Source: Amoeboradix gromovi X-113 (taxonomy: Eukaryota; Fungi; Sanchytriomycota). From it: a stretch of 32,000 bases of DNA. The DNA is taken from contig JADGIF010000028.1 in the NCBI GenBank assembly GCA_018985225.1, positions 1,184 to 33,183 on the forward strand. Reading direction: 5' to 3'. Shown piece by piece: positions 18,656 through 30,499 of this stretch. The notes beneath the pieces were generated by a model, which was given only the letters and a program-made list of their open reading frames with translations, did not search any database and was not told the origin of the DNA. Position 1 is the stretch's first letter. The number at the start of each line of letters is the position of its first letter. Made by a program: the position numbers and the translations under genes.

Positions 18656-19143
18656 AAGTCAAGTTTCACTTCGTTTTGGTTTAGGGGACTCCTCGTTAAA
18701 AGTCCTGATATACGAGAAAAACTGGAAATACTGGTAAATAGGTCATTCTGAGTGCTCAAGCTTCTGCTGCCCTGATGTGGGAATCACGGGGATGTATATA
18801 TCAAGGATATGGTCTCAGCTTCCATAGGATTTCTATCCACTTGTAAATGACCACTTGACATGCGTCTAATATTTCCGCACATGCGAAGTCCTTGAAATAT
18901 CCCGTTTGCTTGCGGAGACTTCGCATACAGGGCGGTGTCTTTTGAGGAAGACGAGAAGACCTGAGCAGCGATGCCGTAGACTGACTTGTTCTAGCTAAAA
19001 TGACTTTGACATATGCCGCAGATAGAGAGAAAGAACGAGAAGACTCTTCAGGTAGGAACTTCTAGAGAAAGGAGATACTGTGGTGATGTGTTGTGTGTCA
19101 TCGCAGTAAATGGTAAATTCAACTAAACTCCCAAACTGTAACG

Positions 19144-19869
19144 ATGGAGAAAGAGACTATTTCCATCTCAGGAATCGAAATCGATGTGTTCTGCAAATCG
19201 AAGACCCAAGAAGCTAGCATCGGAATGTTTCTATTACATGGTAGAACCAGAAACAAAAAGGACTTGGAGTTCTTAGCCAAGGGAATTGTAGAATGCAACA
19301 GCATTTTAGTGTTTTCATTCGATCTCAGGAATCATGGATCAAGATTGGTTAACACACTTCAGAACGAGGACTGGGTAGGAGGAAATCCGAACCATCATTT
19401 GGATATGTGGAGTATTCTTATGGGAACTGTAGAAGATTGCGTATTGCTAATGAATTTACTGCCAATCTATGGATACAAAATTGGCGCCTGGGGGATTTGC
19501 GGTGTCAGTCTTGGAGGACATGCGAGTTTAATACTCGCTGGTTGTGACAAAAGAGTTAAGTACGCTATATCTTTGATAGGATGCATAGACTTTTTAGGCC
19601 TTATGGAAGGTCGCAAGCCTAATGAAATAGAGTTTAGCAGTTCTTATATATCATTGACATCAAAACACAACGCTGTTAACAATTTGAGAGAAAACAAGGC
19701 CAATATTTTGATGTTGAACGGAGCGCAGGATGAGCTGGTCCCTGGATCCGTTAACAAAAACCACTTTACAATTCCGAATCTAACTTACAAGGAGTTCGAT
19801 GTTGGGCACAAAATCAACACAGAAATGCTTAATGAAGTCTATCAGTTTCTACGAGATGCACAATGTTAG
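19144..19869 (+). CDS. Alpha/beta hydrolase
   Basis: LLHG, DLRNHG, nucleophile elbow GVSLGG, GAQDELV and VGH (Ser-Asp-His triad). Confidence 0.9.
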   Translation: MEKETISISGIEIDVFCKSKTQEASIGMFLLHGRTRNKKDLEFLAKGIVECNSILVFSFDLRNHGSRLVNTLQNEDWVGGNPNHHLDMWSILMGTVEDCVLLMNLLPIYGYKIGAWGICGVSLGGHASLILAGCDKRVKYAISLIGCIDFLGLMEGRKPNEIEFSSSYISLTSKHNAVNNLRENKANILMLNGAQDELVPGSVNKNHFTIPNLTYKEFDVGHKINTEMLNEVYQFLRDAQC

Positions 19870-20115
19870 GCATGTGCAGCCCACCGGCTTAGAGCACCAG
19901 TTTATTATCTTCTTGATCGTTTCACTGCTATCCAAGGCTGCTCGTACTTTTACAACGGCGCATATGCTTATTCTAGACCGCGTTGTAATGAAGACTCCAT
20001 TTTCACGTGCAACTTATTTAGGCCAGCCCATGTGACATGAAAATGTTTTGATTGGACGCTGAGCGCTCAGAATTCTATTTTAAAACTTTCTATTTCTCTA
20101 AGCCACTATAAAGAA

Positions 20116-20430
20116 ATGGTAGTAGTTGAATCTTCAGCATCATGGGTAGCTACTTCATCGTCAAAAGGTTACCACGAGGGTAATGGGAATGGAAACTGGA
20201 ACGAAGAAGAATCCAGTTCAACTACCCAAGCATCATCTACCTGGATCTCATCAGCATCTGTTGCTACAACTGATGCATCTGTAGACTCTGCAGCTATTTA
20301 CAGTCAACTATTGGCGTCATATAGCTCAGGGCTAATTGCTCTACCAACAACAACAACGACTACTACAAATGGATCAAGTCAGTTAGGAAACGTGTGTTTA
20401 TTAGCTGTTATCTTATTTTACCTGTTTTAA
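20116..20430 (+). CDS. Small Ser/Thr-rich protein with GPI-anchor-like C-terminus
   Basis: S/T-rich body and poly-Thr, then NGSS followed by hydrophobic tail VCLLAVILFYLF. Confidence 0.6.
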   Translation: MVVVESSASWVATSSSKGYHEGNGNGNWNEEESSSTTQASSTWISSASVATTDASVDSAAIYSQLLASYSSGLIALPTTTTTTTNGSSQLGNVCLLAVILFYLF

Positions 20431-20448
20431 GAAAAGTAAATTTATGAG

Positions 20449-21459
20449 TTAATATCTTCTTCGTTTGTTATCCTCGCGGTCCGGGAGTGCACGCCTGAGC
20501 TCATGATGGCTATCCGTAGGCGCTGCTCTCCTTCTGTCGTCGTTCCTCGGCTCATATCTTGGTCTATCGTTATATCTCTGCCCATCTCTTCTTTCGTATC
20601 TGTCGTTTGTTCCTCCATTCTGAGGCCTGTCATACCAGCCATCCTGTCTACCGCCCTGTCTGTTGTCGTATCTACCATGGTTTCTGTCCACGTCTCTTCT
20701 CATGTACCCACGCTCTGCTCCATGCTCATTTCTGTTGTGATCGTTTCTGTGCTCTGGCCTACTTCTATCGTTCCTGTACTGCTGTCTGGGTCTTTCATCT
20801 CTGTCTCTATAGTACCCTCTATCGTTTCTGCCTCTATCGTCCACCCCCATCGCTTTATTCCCAAAGTTCATCTCGTTTATGTCCCTGCCTTTGATTTCCA
20901 GTCGCCTGCCCATTTCGTGGTACATAATTACTTGAGCATCCTTCAGCTCTTTCAGAAGCTGCAGCGTGGGTCTCTTCAGGTGCATAAAGTTGCACATCTT
21001 GCCTCGAGCACACAGGCCATCGTCGTGCTGTTTGCACAAAGCATCCCTGAATGACACAACAGGAGACAGCTCGGCATATATCGGACGGGCAGCATAGTAC
21101 CTGTTGTCTAGCGCTTGCTGTGCCTTCTTCGCGTCCTCGTCAAAGCGATATTTGCAAAAGACATTGCCGATCAAATGGTCGCAAATATTGTCGCATATCA
21201 CAAGCTCGTCAATGTATCCATACTTGGACATCTCTATGAACATGTCCGTGTAGAACATGTCAAAGTGCTGTTGCAGCTGCTCGTTCTTTAGCTTTAGCGC
21301 ATCGTTCTTTGGATTGGCATATATGTTATAGAGCACTACCGTGGGTGAGAAGTTCGGTCGAGTGTGCTTACGAGAGCATCGATCTCCATGCCTACATGCT
21401 CCTATCTTGTAGTAAAATGAGCAGTTTACCTTATCTGCTTCTGTTCCATAAGTGTTCAT
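20449..21459 (-). CDS. U2AF1: Splicing factor U2AF small subunit
   Basis: GTEADKVNCSFYYKIGACRHGDRCSRKH, a UHM domain, second CCCH (CARGKMCNFMH) and an Arg-rich tail. Confidence 0.96.
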   Translation of the reverse strand: MNTYGTEADKVNCSFYYKIGACRHGDRCSRKHTRPNFSPTVVLYNIYANPKNDALKLKNEQLQQHFDMFYTDMFIEMSKYGYIDELVICDNICDHLIGNVFCKYRFDEDAKKAQQALDNRYYAARPIYAELSPVVSFRDALCKQHDDGLCARGKMCNFMHLKRPTLQLLKELKDAQVIMYHEMGRRLEIKGRDINEMNFGNKAMGVDDRGRNDRGYYRDRDERPRQQYRNDRSRPEHRNDHNRNEHGAERGYMRRDVDRNHGRYDNRQGGRQDGWYDRPQNGGTNDRYERRDGQRYNDRPRYEPRNDDRRRAAPTDSHHELRRALPDREDNKRRRY

Positions 21460-22788
21460 GTTTTAACAAGACTCCTATTATAATTTATTTATTCTTTTAT
21501 TATATTGAATATGTGTCCCACAAATCGTCCAAGTCCATCTTGTTTTTTATCGCGTTCTCAATGTTAAGTGTCCAATCTTCGGTGTCCATGGTTTTACGGA
21601 ATCTCCTTTGCCCTAAACTGGACACACTCTAAAAACTAGACAAATATTTAAATACAGCACCGATAAATCTGGACCCTAAATGCACGTATAGCAGGGTACC
21701 AGATGTAAAAGCAAGAGCATTCTGAGAGTTCCATATGTCAAAAACACCATTTTCAGAAGCTGACTAGACTCCGTGCATCATTCAGAGTATGGCAACAGGT
21801 AGAACACACACCATAGTGTAGTGCTTTTATAGGCACCTTCATTTCCACTTGTTTCGCCATGATTTCATTCTGTCAATTTTATGACGCTGAGAGGACGACT
21901 GGGCGGTAGAAGCGACACACAAGAAAGTCCCTCTGCAGTATAGTGTTAAAGATGTCTTCGAGCAAGTCGTGCTATTTTAAGTATTCTAGTTTCATGCCTA
22001 ATCTCAATTTCACTTCTTGCCAACGGCTCACAAACTACTTTGTGCCATCGAGCTCAAGGTAATTATTTGAGTTGGAATAGTGTCATTCACATTGATATTG
22101 GCAACTGCGTTGATTTGCAATATTTTAAAACACATGCACTAGGCGACAATTCATTGATACAACTTCTACACCCTGGTGTGACTCAGTAAGGAATAGAACA
22201 TTGTGTTTCTACCTAGATCGCCCGTTAATTACTTTTTTGGAGTTCTGCCAAGGCCCTTTTATTGCTCTTTGAATTTCAATAAACTTATTAAATACATTTT
22301 TTACGTTCTTTTGCTACCATTGTGCTTCGTATTTTATGTCTTTCGCAATAAAGGCTCGAAAATAATTGATCTCGCATTCTTGAGCCTGATGGTCTCGAAA
22401 CGTTATACCTCAATATTTCTTCGATTTTTATTTGCAATTATCCCAGTGCTACCCACTTTTAATAAAAAACTCACTGAAGAATTCTAATCTCAAGTGTGAA
22501 TTATAAATTGAGGTGCAAATAAAAGACTTACAAGTCCCAACCTCAATAATTTTTAAGCGTGTTATGTTAGGATTGTTAAACATACTAGACATCAGATTCA
22601 AGTATTTGCATAACGAGATTCATAAGATTAGAACATCAAGTTTACGCGATGCTATTTATTACACAAATAAGATGCTTATAAGATTTATTGAGGTTGAAAT
22701 TCCCTTAAAAGGAGGAGAGATAAATGCAGAAGCATTGCTATCAGATTTAATGCTGCTGCTCATTTAAAGGGTGTTTCACGAATGATAT

Positions 22789-23748
22789 TTAAATTGTAAC
22801 TGTTTCAATGAAATTAGCAGCAACTGGTGCGCAGAGATTGATTGTATTTATGGTTGTTACACACGTTAACTCTGAGTTTCTAAAATTCTTTCTGAAATAT
22901 TCGATTCTTTGAACCTGTCCCGGTGTGAATGAGGAGCGGCAGTTAGTGTAATCCATAAAATTCCCAATTAGATCATTTCCGGGTGTATTGGGACAAGTTT
23001 TAATAGCGGGCGCCACGCTATTACTGACACTGCATTGCCATCCCCATGAAGCTGCCTGCATTCCACTCGCTGCAGTTCTAGCAGCTTCGCTGACCACTGG
23101 CGTATCTAGCACATAATCACCATTTGGATCTTCACATCCCCCCTTAAATACATGTAGCAGTCCAAAGAAATGACCGATTTCATGAATCAGCGTCGTTGGG
23201 AGAACACTTGGTTTGTAGCTTAATCTTTCTGTGCTTATAACCACACCATCTAAGTCTAATGGTGAATCTGGGAAAGTAGACCAACTTACCGATGACTTCT
23301 TGCCTTTCCAAGTGTTCCAGGACCACTTGTGATACCCAGAATCTGCACTGTATATATTCAGCGTTTCCTTGCCCCCTTCCCTATGTCTTTTTTTAAATTC
23401 CTTTTCTGTGTTGGTTTCACAGCATTCAATATGCACCATACGCGGTTCGTTTATATAATCTATCTTTTTTAGTTGAAAATATATTGTAGTTTCCAAATAA
23501 GCCTTATTTAACATCATAATTTGGTGAACAACTGTTGCTTTATCCAACTTATGGTATTCTTTATCATGGATCACATGCCAAACGACAGGAATTATGTATT
23601 TTGGTGGGACTGTTACAGCCGGTGTTGTAGAAATAATCTTAGATCTCTTCTGCAGATTAAAGTTTGAAGGAACTTGAAATAGTATTGACTTGGAGGGAGT
23701 TCCTGTCATGCATACCGAGTGAGCGCTAACGAAATAGATCCACAGCAT
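22789..23748 (-). CDS. Secreted M43 (pappalysin/ulilysin-like) zinc metalloprotease
   Basis: IPVVWHVI, LNIY, DGVVI, HEIGHFFGLLH, DYVLDTP and Met-turn NFMDY; ATG at 23748. Confidence 0.92.
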   Translation of the reverse strand: MLWIYFVSAHSVCMTGTPSKSILFQVPSNFNLQKRSKIISTTPAVTVPPKYIIPVVWHVIHDKEYHKLDKATVVHQIMMLNKAYLETTIYFQLKKIDYINEPRMVHIECCETNTEKEFKKRHREGGKETLNIYSADSGYHKWSWNTWKGKKSSVSWSTFPDSPLDLDGVVISTERLSYKPSVLPTTLIHEIGHFFGLLHVFKGGCEDPNGDYVLDTPVVSEAARTAASGMQAASWGWQCSVSNSVAPAIKTCPNTPGNDLIGNFMDYTNCRSSFTPGQVQRIEYFRKNFRNSELTCVTTINTINLCAPVAANFIETVTI

Positions 23749-24241
23749 TTTTGAGAAAGGCAAAAGCTTGTTCTAATACTCCTTTGTAATAGTTGTGCAA
23801 TATGTGATACCCTAAAAATTCCTGCGGATCCTAATACGCTATTATCGTTTATGCTGGATTGAAGAATACATTCCGACTATGTTAAATGCGAAGATCTGAA
23901 ATAATCCAGAGTTTACATTTCTCAACTTTAAGACCTTGGTTTTCGCAAATGAAATATCAGCAACAGTTTCATCATTTAATTTTAAGTAAGTGCTCTAAAT
24001 TGGATGTAGTTATTCTTTACGTGATCTGTGTTAGATGTATTCCTTGATACCAAGTTATCTGATTTCCGAAATTCGATCCGTTACAAAGTGTACATAAAAA
24101 TAGCACAACCATCACACGATTACTTAAAGAACTGTTTGTTTGTGAAATCCCTGACTAGAGTTCATTGATCCAAACAAAGAATTCACAAATGAGAAAATGC
24201 TTATAAATCAAGGAGAATGGGTGAAATATCAAATTCAGAAA

Positions 24242-24616
24242 ATGTCATTCACTCTAAATGAAGAGTTACAGTCAATAGCACAGAATACTGGCATGATATT
24301 TTGTCCTAGATGTGAAAATTTGCTAGATATGCCAAGGTCAGATCACTTTGTTTGTAGAAGCTGTGATTATAAATTTAAAGCTGATTTGTTGAGAGATTTA
24401 GTTGTAGTTTCTCAATCCAGATCTAATTCTTTTGTGAATCCAGATCTAAATCTAACTCAAAGGGACGAAAAATTAGCAACTATAGATGAAAAATGTCCTA
24501 AATGTAACAATCCGGAAATGACATTTTTTACAATGCAGCTACGGGGTGCCGATGAAGGTGCAACCGTATTTTATTCATGTCCTAATTGTATGCACAAATT
24601 CAGCGTGAACAACTAG
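24242..24616 (+). CDS. RPA12: RNA polymerase I subunit A12
   Basis: FCPRCENLL zinc ribbon; ATIDEKCPKC...MQLRGADEGATVFYSC. Start uncertain (24197, 24242 or 24293). Confidence 0.92.
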   Translation: MSFTLNEELQSIAQNTGMIFCPRCENLLDMPRSDHFVCRSCDYKFKADLLRDLVVVSQSRSNSFVNPDLNLTQRDEKLATIDEKCPKCNNPEMTFFTMQLRGADEGATVFYSCPNCMHKFSVNN

Positions 24617-25068
24617 TTTTTTAGTAAATCGTTGATCCACGGATAAATAGAAGCTTTTGGGGTACTACAACTAGACAGACGGTTCACTCTTTACTGCTGT
24701 TGCTCACAGCTGTATGCCGTACAGTCTCTTCTTGCTTTCAAGTTATCACTTCCAACGTCACCAATGCTTCTGGCGCCCAAGAGTCCTTGTACAAAGTATT
24801 GATTTGTAGTTCAGGGGCCTCTTTTTACTTTATAGATGAGACTCTATCAAACAGAATGTTCTCTTTCGAGGAAAATTTGGAGATACTAAATGGCTCTTTT
24901 ATATCTTGTAAATGGTACAGACACCCTGCTAGTTTGATAGACACCCAATATTTACTTTAAAAGAGTATATTATGTATCCCATATGTAGTCAATGCGATGA
25001 CAACAAATGATTGTTGAGTCGAAATCGATGCTATTATCGTTGGATTTAGAAGTTAATGATTGAATTTA

Positions 25069-25332
25069 TTATTTAGACCATGCTCTTCCACGATTAAGTC
25101 CATTTTTTACTGGATCTATAGAAACTGGTGATAAAGAGAGCGGGTTAACCTTTGATGATACTGGTGGCTCAAAGACAGCATTTACCGGAATCATCTTACT
25201 CCATTCAAATACTTGATTCTTTTCTCTCTTAGTCATATTCTCAGGATCACCTGATAGCTCAATCAAATCATGATAAGCTGTTTGACGAACCATGGCTTGT
25301 ATGACATAGATAGTAAAGATAGTCGATTTCAT
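25069..25332 (-). CDS. Small possibly secreted hypothetical protein
   Basis: 87-aa ORF with signal-like MKSTIFTIYVIQA; CCC motif just upstream of the ATG. Confidence 0.45.
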   Translation of the reverse strand: MKSTIFTIYVIQAMVRQTAYHDLIELSGDPENMTKREKNQVFEWSKMIPVNAVFEPPVSSKVNPLSLSPVSIDPVKNGLNRGRAWSK

Positions 25333-25768
25333 TCAAATAGGGAGACTTAGACTTGTTATATATCACTCCTAGACCTGTCTCTTGTTAATTAATAGGTTTT
25401 ATTGCACAGCAGGCGTAATGACAGGTTGTTATCCTTTTAATTTAAATAACAGGTGGTCTCAGAACTCCTGCCTGGCGTGAAGTTTTTGATAGAACAGGAC
25501 ACTTGAAAGTTTCTTAACTAACATGTTTTTAAAACCGTTAACTTTCTTATGTAAAACCTTGAAAATGTTCAGCAACTCAAAGATAAGCTAAGCTCCGCAA
25601 TTCAGGTGAATTTCCTGTGTCTTCACTTGGCACAGATATAGCAGGTAGACAGCTGCGTCAGGTCTTCTTTTTATGGAAATGCAAGTCATTATCAAACGCT
25701 TAAAATGTACTCAATTAATTTAGAGCATCAGGAGCGAAACAGGTTAAATGAACTTGAGCATTACGAAA

Positions 25769-26545
25769 ATGCAATTAAAATCTTTAGTAGTTGTTGGTGG
25801 AACAGGGTTCTTGGGGAAAGATTTGTTAAAATACGGTTTGAATCATTATAAATCAGTAACTGCAATATCCAGAAATAGGCCAAAATGGGACTCATGGTGG
25901 CAATCCAAGATTCATTTCCCGTTAATTCCGCTTCAAGATCTGTTTTCTACAATAGATAATGCAGTAGAGCCTAATTCTCGTAAAAATAAAGATTATTTAA
26001 ATGCGGATACTGTAATTTACAGTGTAGGCACTTTATTTGCTTCCTCTCTATACAAAGATATAATAAACAATCAGGACATGACTTTAGTACCCAAGTGGAT
26101 TCGCCAGGAAATTCAATTTCAATCCAATGGTGCACCGCTTTATGACACTTTACACTATCAATACCCAATCCAAGTCTTCAATACTTTCAAGCAGGAGTGC
26201 AAAAGCGAAGATCCCTACTTTGTCTACATTTCTGCTCATTCTTCTTTCGAGGATTTGCCGTATATCAAAACTAAAAGATTAGCAGAAGACTTTTTACTCA
26301 ATCAGTCCCATAAAACTGCTAAAAATCATGACATCAAGGTTTTGGTAGTTAGACCTGGCTTGCTTTACAATGAAGACCGCCCTATTTCTATGCTTATGGC
26401 TGCTGGTAATCAGCTACTAAGTTGTCCTTTGGGTATTTCGGCACCTTTAAGAACTTCCCAGGTGGCAGAGGGCATTTATACTGCCATCAATCAAAATCAG
26501 TCAGGGATATTAGAAATTGGGCATTTACAGGAATTGTCAAAGTAA
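25769..26545 (+). CDS. COQ11: Atypical SDR / NAD(P)-binding protein, Coq11-like
   Basis: VVVGGTGFLG, VIYSVGTL, FVYISA, YIKTKRLAE and RPGLLY. Confidence 0.75.
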   Translation: MQLKSLVVVGGTGFLGKDLLKYGLNHYKSVTAISRNRPKWDSWWQSKIHFPLIPLQDLFSTIDNAVEPNSRKNKDYLNADTVIYSVGTLFASSLYKDIINNQDMTLVPKWIRQEIQFQSNGAPLYDTLHYQYPIQVFNTFKQECKSEDPYFVYISAHSSFEDLPYIKTKRLAEDFLLNQSHKTAKNHDIKVLVVRPGLLYNEDRPISMLMAAGNQLLSCPLGISAPLRTSQVAEGIYTAINQNQSGILEIGHLQELSK

Positions 26546-26563
26546 ATCATTTAAATTTATTTT

Positions 26564-27314
<751 letters not shown>

Positions 27315-28055
27315 TCATAAAGATTCAAAGAAAGACCATGCCACTACCGCCTGAACAACTCTTCTTAAAGAGCGAGGAAGAAAGCCACTATATAAAAGTC
27401 TAAGCGACAGTCCTTGGTATGTTTGCCTCATTGATTTGTATCTTTTTGGATCAATTTGCATTTTGGTTTTAATGGTGTCTAAGTGATGAGTAAGAGCAAG
27501 AGCAGCAAGAGCAGAGATCGTGGCACTAACTGGAACGGAATACTCCTTTTTAGCTTTTTGATATAGTGCAAAATATAGTCCTGAATAAAGAACGTCTCTT
27601 GAAAGAGTTGCTGAGAGTGCTGAATAAAAAGTTTTAACTCCTTCCCTTGTGTATATCTCAGTAACAGCGCCTCTAATTGATTTGTAATTGAAATTGGTGC
27701 TTTCAAATCTGGTTTTAAGAAATGTCAATGGAGCCAATAGCAAACCAACAGATCCACGAGAAGTACAACCGATGGCCATGTTGTTAACAAAAGTACCGCT
27801 AAATACCTTCTGATACTCTTTAATGAAATTGAAATACAGAGCGTATCCAATAGAATTTCTATACAGAGTAGAGACTGTGCCTCGGTAAAATCCAAGAATA
27901 TTAGAGTTACACTGCATTTTTATAGTTTCTAGAAACTTTGTATGTGACTGCTGCTGTAGCGTCCTAAGCACGTCGAATGGCTGCAGTAATAACGTATTAA
28001 TTACACCAGCATAAAGACCCTGAACGCCATTTTCTCGCATGGTGGAAGATCCCAT
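27315..28055 (-). CDS. HEM25: Mitochondrial carrier, Hem25/SLC25A38 glycine-transporter-like
   Basis: LLQPFDVLRTLQQQ, PLTFLKTRFES, ATLSRDVLYSGLY and LDTIKTKMQ. Confidence 0.8.
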   Translation of the reverse strand: MGSSTMRENGVQGLYAGVINTLLLQPFDVLRTLQQQSHTKFLETIKMQCNSNILGFYRGTVSTLYRNSIGYALYFNFIKEYQKVFSGTFVNNMAIGCTSRGSVGLLLAPLTFLKTRFESTNFNYKSIRGAVTEIYTREGVKTFYSALSATLSRDVLYSGLYFALYQKAKKEYSVPVSATISALAALALTHHLDTIKTKMQIDPKRYKSMRQTYQGLSLRLLYSGFLPRSLRRVVQAVVAWSFFESL

Positions 28056-28109
28056 TAATGTTTTGAGGGAAAGCTTTAAAACTGTATTCTAATTTACTGA
28101 AGAACTATT

Positions 28110-28325
28110 CTATTGTCTATTCAAATAAAGAACATTGTTTCCTCTTAGAAATATAAATGATGGGTAGAAAGTTGTCTTGTCCTTTGCAATTTCCGTCACT
28201 TCGCTGAGTGCAACATTCATGAATCCATCCAAGCATGCAAGCGTTCCTTTGTACTCAATGCCGTCATTTAATTTAACGAGCACAGGTTGTCCAATTAATT
28301 TTTTCAAGAAATCGCTAACAGCCAT
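28110..28325 (-). CDS. LSM6: U6 snRNA-associated Sm-like protein Lsm6
   Basis: SDFLK.LIG.PV.VKLN.G.EYKG.LACLDGFMNVAL...FLRGNNVLY. Confidence 0.9.
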   Translation of the reverse strand: MAVSDFLKKLIGQPVLVKLNDGIEYKGTLACLDGFMNVALSEVTEIAKDKTTFYPSFIFLRGNNVLYLNRQ

Positions 28326-28343
28326 TTCCCCAATTGTAACACG

Positions 28344-28883
28344 ATGAAAAACTATTTAGATGAATTAGTGAAAGTGGAAATGGATCTACTGAAGGATCCT
28401 ACTAACCAAGACCTTTTAGATTTAAAACAGGACCTGAAAGAAATTATAGAACTGGAAGGCGAAAGTAAGAGTGAAGAAGTGCAGACAGTAGGTATACCTC
28501 AGATATCAGTGAAGTTTCAAGTGGGACTAGTAGTTGGGGCGAAGTACACTGACGGTAGATTTTATAAAGCTACAATAACTAATATTCAGGACAACATATA
28601 CACAATTCAGTTTTTAGGATTTTCGGAATTATACAACTTAAAAGAAATGGACATCTGTGAACACTCTAAGGATATAAAATTAAGAGGCGCAAAGAACAGC
28701 GAGTATTTGAAAAAGAGAAAGGAAAAAAAGAAGTTGAGACTTCAAGAGAGAATCAAAGAGGAAACAAAAGAGCATGTCAAGTCTCAAGAGAAATGGCAAA
28801 AGTTTAAAAAGAAAACAGTAGGTAGAATCAGTCTGAAAAACGACACTATTGGAAGCGGTACACTGAGCCGGATTCATAAATAA
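28344..28883 (+). CDS. SPF30: Tudor-domain splicing factor SPF30/SMNDC1-like
   Basis: L..DPTNQDLLDLKQDLKEIIEL N-terminus, Tudor AKYTDGRFYKATI...IQFLGF and KWQKF. Confidence 0.85.
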   Translation: MKNYLDELVKVEMDLLKDPTNQDLLDLKQDLKEIIELEGESKSEEVQTVGIPQISVKFQVGLVVGAKYTDGRFYKATITNIQDNIYTIQFLGFSELYNLKEMDICEHSKDIKLRGAKNSEYLKKRKEKKKLRLQERIKEETKEHVKSQEKWQKFKKKTVGRISLKNDTIGSGTLSRIHK

Positions 28884-28913
28884 TTACAGTTATAATTTTT
28901 TGAAACTCATAGA

Positions 28914-29162
28914 ATGGTTTTACCTTGTTCACTGGACAGCTGCATATTATGCCCAGAATCAGAATCGAATGAGGAATATTGTCTTTCTACAGGTTTCCGT
29001 CAATTTAAGAGGTGTGGTACCACCGACGAAAGCCTGGTTGGCTGTCTTCCTGAATCTTCTGCACTAGCATTTGTATGCTTCATATGTCTTAATTTCATAG
29101 TGTTCAGCATAAGCTTTTATGGGCTACTTAAGAAATTAAGCTCCTATCAGCCATTGGAGTAA
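28914..29162 (+). CDS. JTB-like small Cys-rich membrane protein
   Basis: C....C..C.......YCLSTGF....C........C followed by one TM segment. Confidence 0.6.
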   Translation: MVLPCSLDSCILCPESESNEEYCLSTGFRQFKRCGTTDESLVGCLPESSALAFVCFICLNFIVFSISFYGLLKKLSSYQPLE

Positions 29163-29285
29163 CATGTAATTTATGCCACATAATAAAAGTTTATATGCAA
29201 ACAGAACGGTTTCCATTTCCCTTGTATTTTGTTTTTTTGCAGTTTGTCATTTAGTCATGAAATTTGTCCTCAAACTTGAAATCCC

Positions 29286-30389
29286 ATGTCAGACGATCAG
29301 CTCAAAAATTTCAGATCGCAGTGGGTGGAAGAGATAAATAGCAAAAGTGAAAGTAAGACAAACTCATCCAGTAAGAACTCGACCGCAAACAAAATCATAC
29401 TGCCTGCTAACTCTGCTTCCCTGCCGAGCTCTCTGCCAAGTGATAACCCAAATGTCAGTGCAACTACTGCAGATTCTTTGCAGCAAGTTTTAAAAAGTAT
29501 TTCGGGTATGTCGCTAGATGATAGGCTAACTGAAGCTATGAAGATATACGAAAAAGGGCTTCAATTAGAGCAAAATGAAAGATTGCAAGACAGCATCAAA
29601 CATTATAGGATAGCTCACAAACTAGATAACACAGTAGATAAAAGATACAGGGAAAAGTATAACAATAGGATGAAGCTCATTCAAATCCAGAAAGAGCAAG
29701 AATTATTTGAAACTGAAAAATCTAATGTTTTAGAAACCTTTAAAGAGTCGTATTTGTTAAAATTACCCGACGAGCTACTACTTTACATCATGAGATTTCT
29801 AGTGCCCTACGAATTGCATTTCTTGTTCAATCTTTCTCTGAGCTGTAAAACCTTTTCTCAACTATTTAATCATTCCTCAATATGGGCCAAGGCATATCGC
29901 AGCATATCATCTGATGCTTGTAATAATGTGGACTATATGAAATTCTTCCAAACTACTCCTCATATAAGATTCGAGGGTATATACATATCCGTCAATCGCT
30001 ATATCCGAGTAGGTGCAGCAGTTGATTCTTTGAATTCACCAACCTTCTTAGTGGAATATTATAGATATATAAGACTCTTGCAAAACAACACCTGCCTTGT
30101 AAGGCTTAGTAACGATCCGCCAGGAAAGATAGTGCCATATATGTGCAATAAAGACGTGGTTACTAATGGCTCTTGGGAACTTACAAATGATGTGTTGTCC
30201 ATTTCTGTGCAAGACGTTGAGATTTATACCATGAGACTGCAGTTAAAGAGAGTCAAAAAGAGGTTTAACAAATTAGAATGGATTGAGTATATTTGCCATT
30301 CTTCAAGCGAAGATTTTAGCATTCCTCTCTTAAACGAGAGATCATTCAAATTCTCAAGAGCAACATCTATTGTGAATACTCTTCTTTAA
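29286..30389 (+). CDS. HRT3: F-box protein Hrt3/FBXO9-like
   Basis: QLKNFRSQWVEE, TPR/MIT-like AMKIYEKG...HYRIAHKLD, F-box LPDELL, RFEGIYIS..YIR.G and VEYYRYIR. Confidence 0.88.
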   Translation: MSDDQLKNFRSQWVEEINSKSESKTNSSSKNSTANKIILPANSASLPSSLPSDNPNVSATTADSLQQVLKSISGMSLDDRLTEAMKIYEKGLQLEQNERLQDSIKHYRIAHKLDNTVDKRYREKYNNRMKLIQIQKEQELFETEKSNVLETFKESYLLKLPDELLLYIMRFLVPYELHFLFNLSLSCKTFSQLFNHSSIWAKAYRSISSDACNNVDYMKFFQTTPHIRFEGIYISVNRYIRVGAAVDSLNSPTFLVEYYRYIRLLQNNTCLVRLSNDPPGKIVPYMCNKDVVTNGSWELTNDVLSISVQDVEIYTMRLQLKRVKKRFNKLEWIEYICHSSSEDFSIPLLNERSFKFSRATSIVNTLL

Positions 30390-30499
30390 GCACTTACCTC
30401 AATAAAGTAAAAACTAAAAAGTTCAGTTATTCAGGCAGATATGTCCATACTTTATCGCCTACGCTTTAAGATAACCCATTGCTTCCGATTACTCTTCGT

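Noticed and set aside
20442-21632. Several overlapping ORFs around U2AF1
   Set aside because: Shadow frames caused by higher GC and the repetitive Arg-rich tail.
21650-22770. ORFs 22203-22487 and 22513-22767, and possible decayed coding DNA
   Set aside because: Non-ATG starts and no recognisable motif on either strand; may be a relic, but I cannot support a call.
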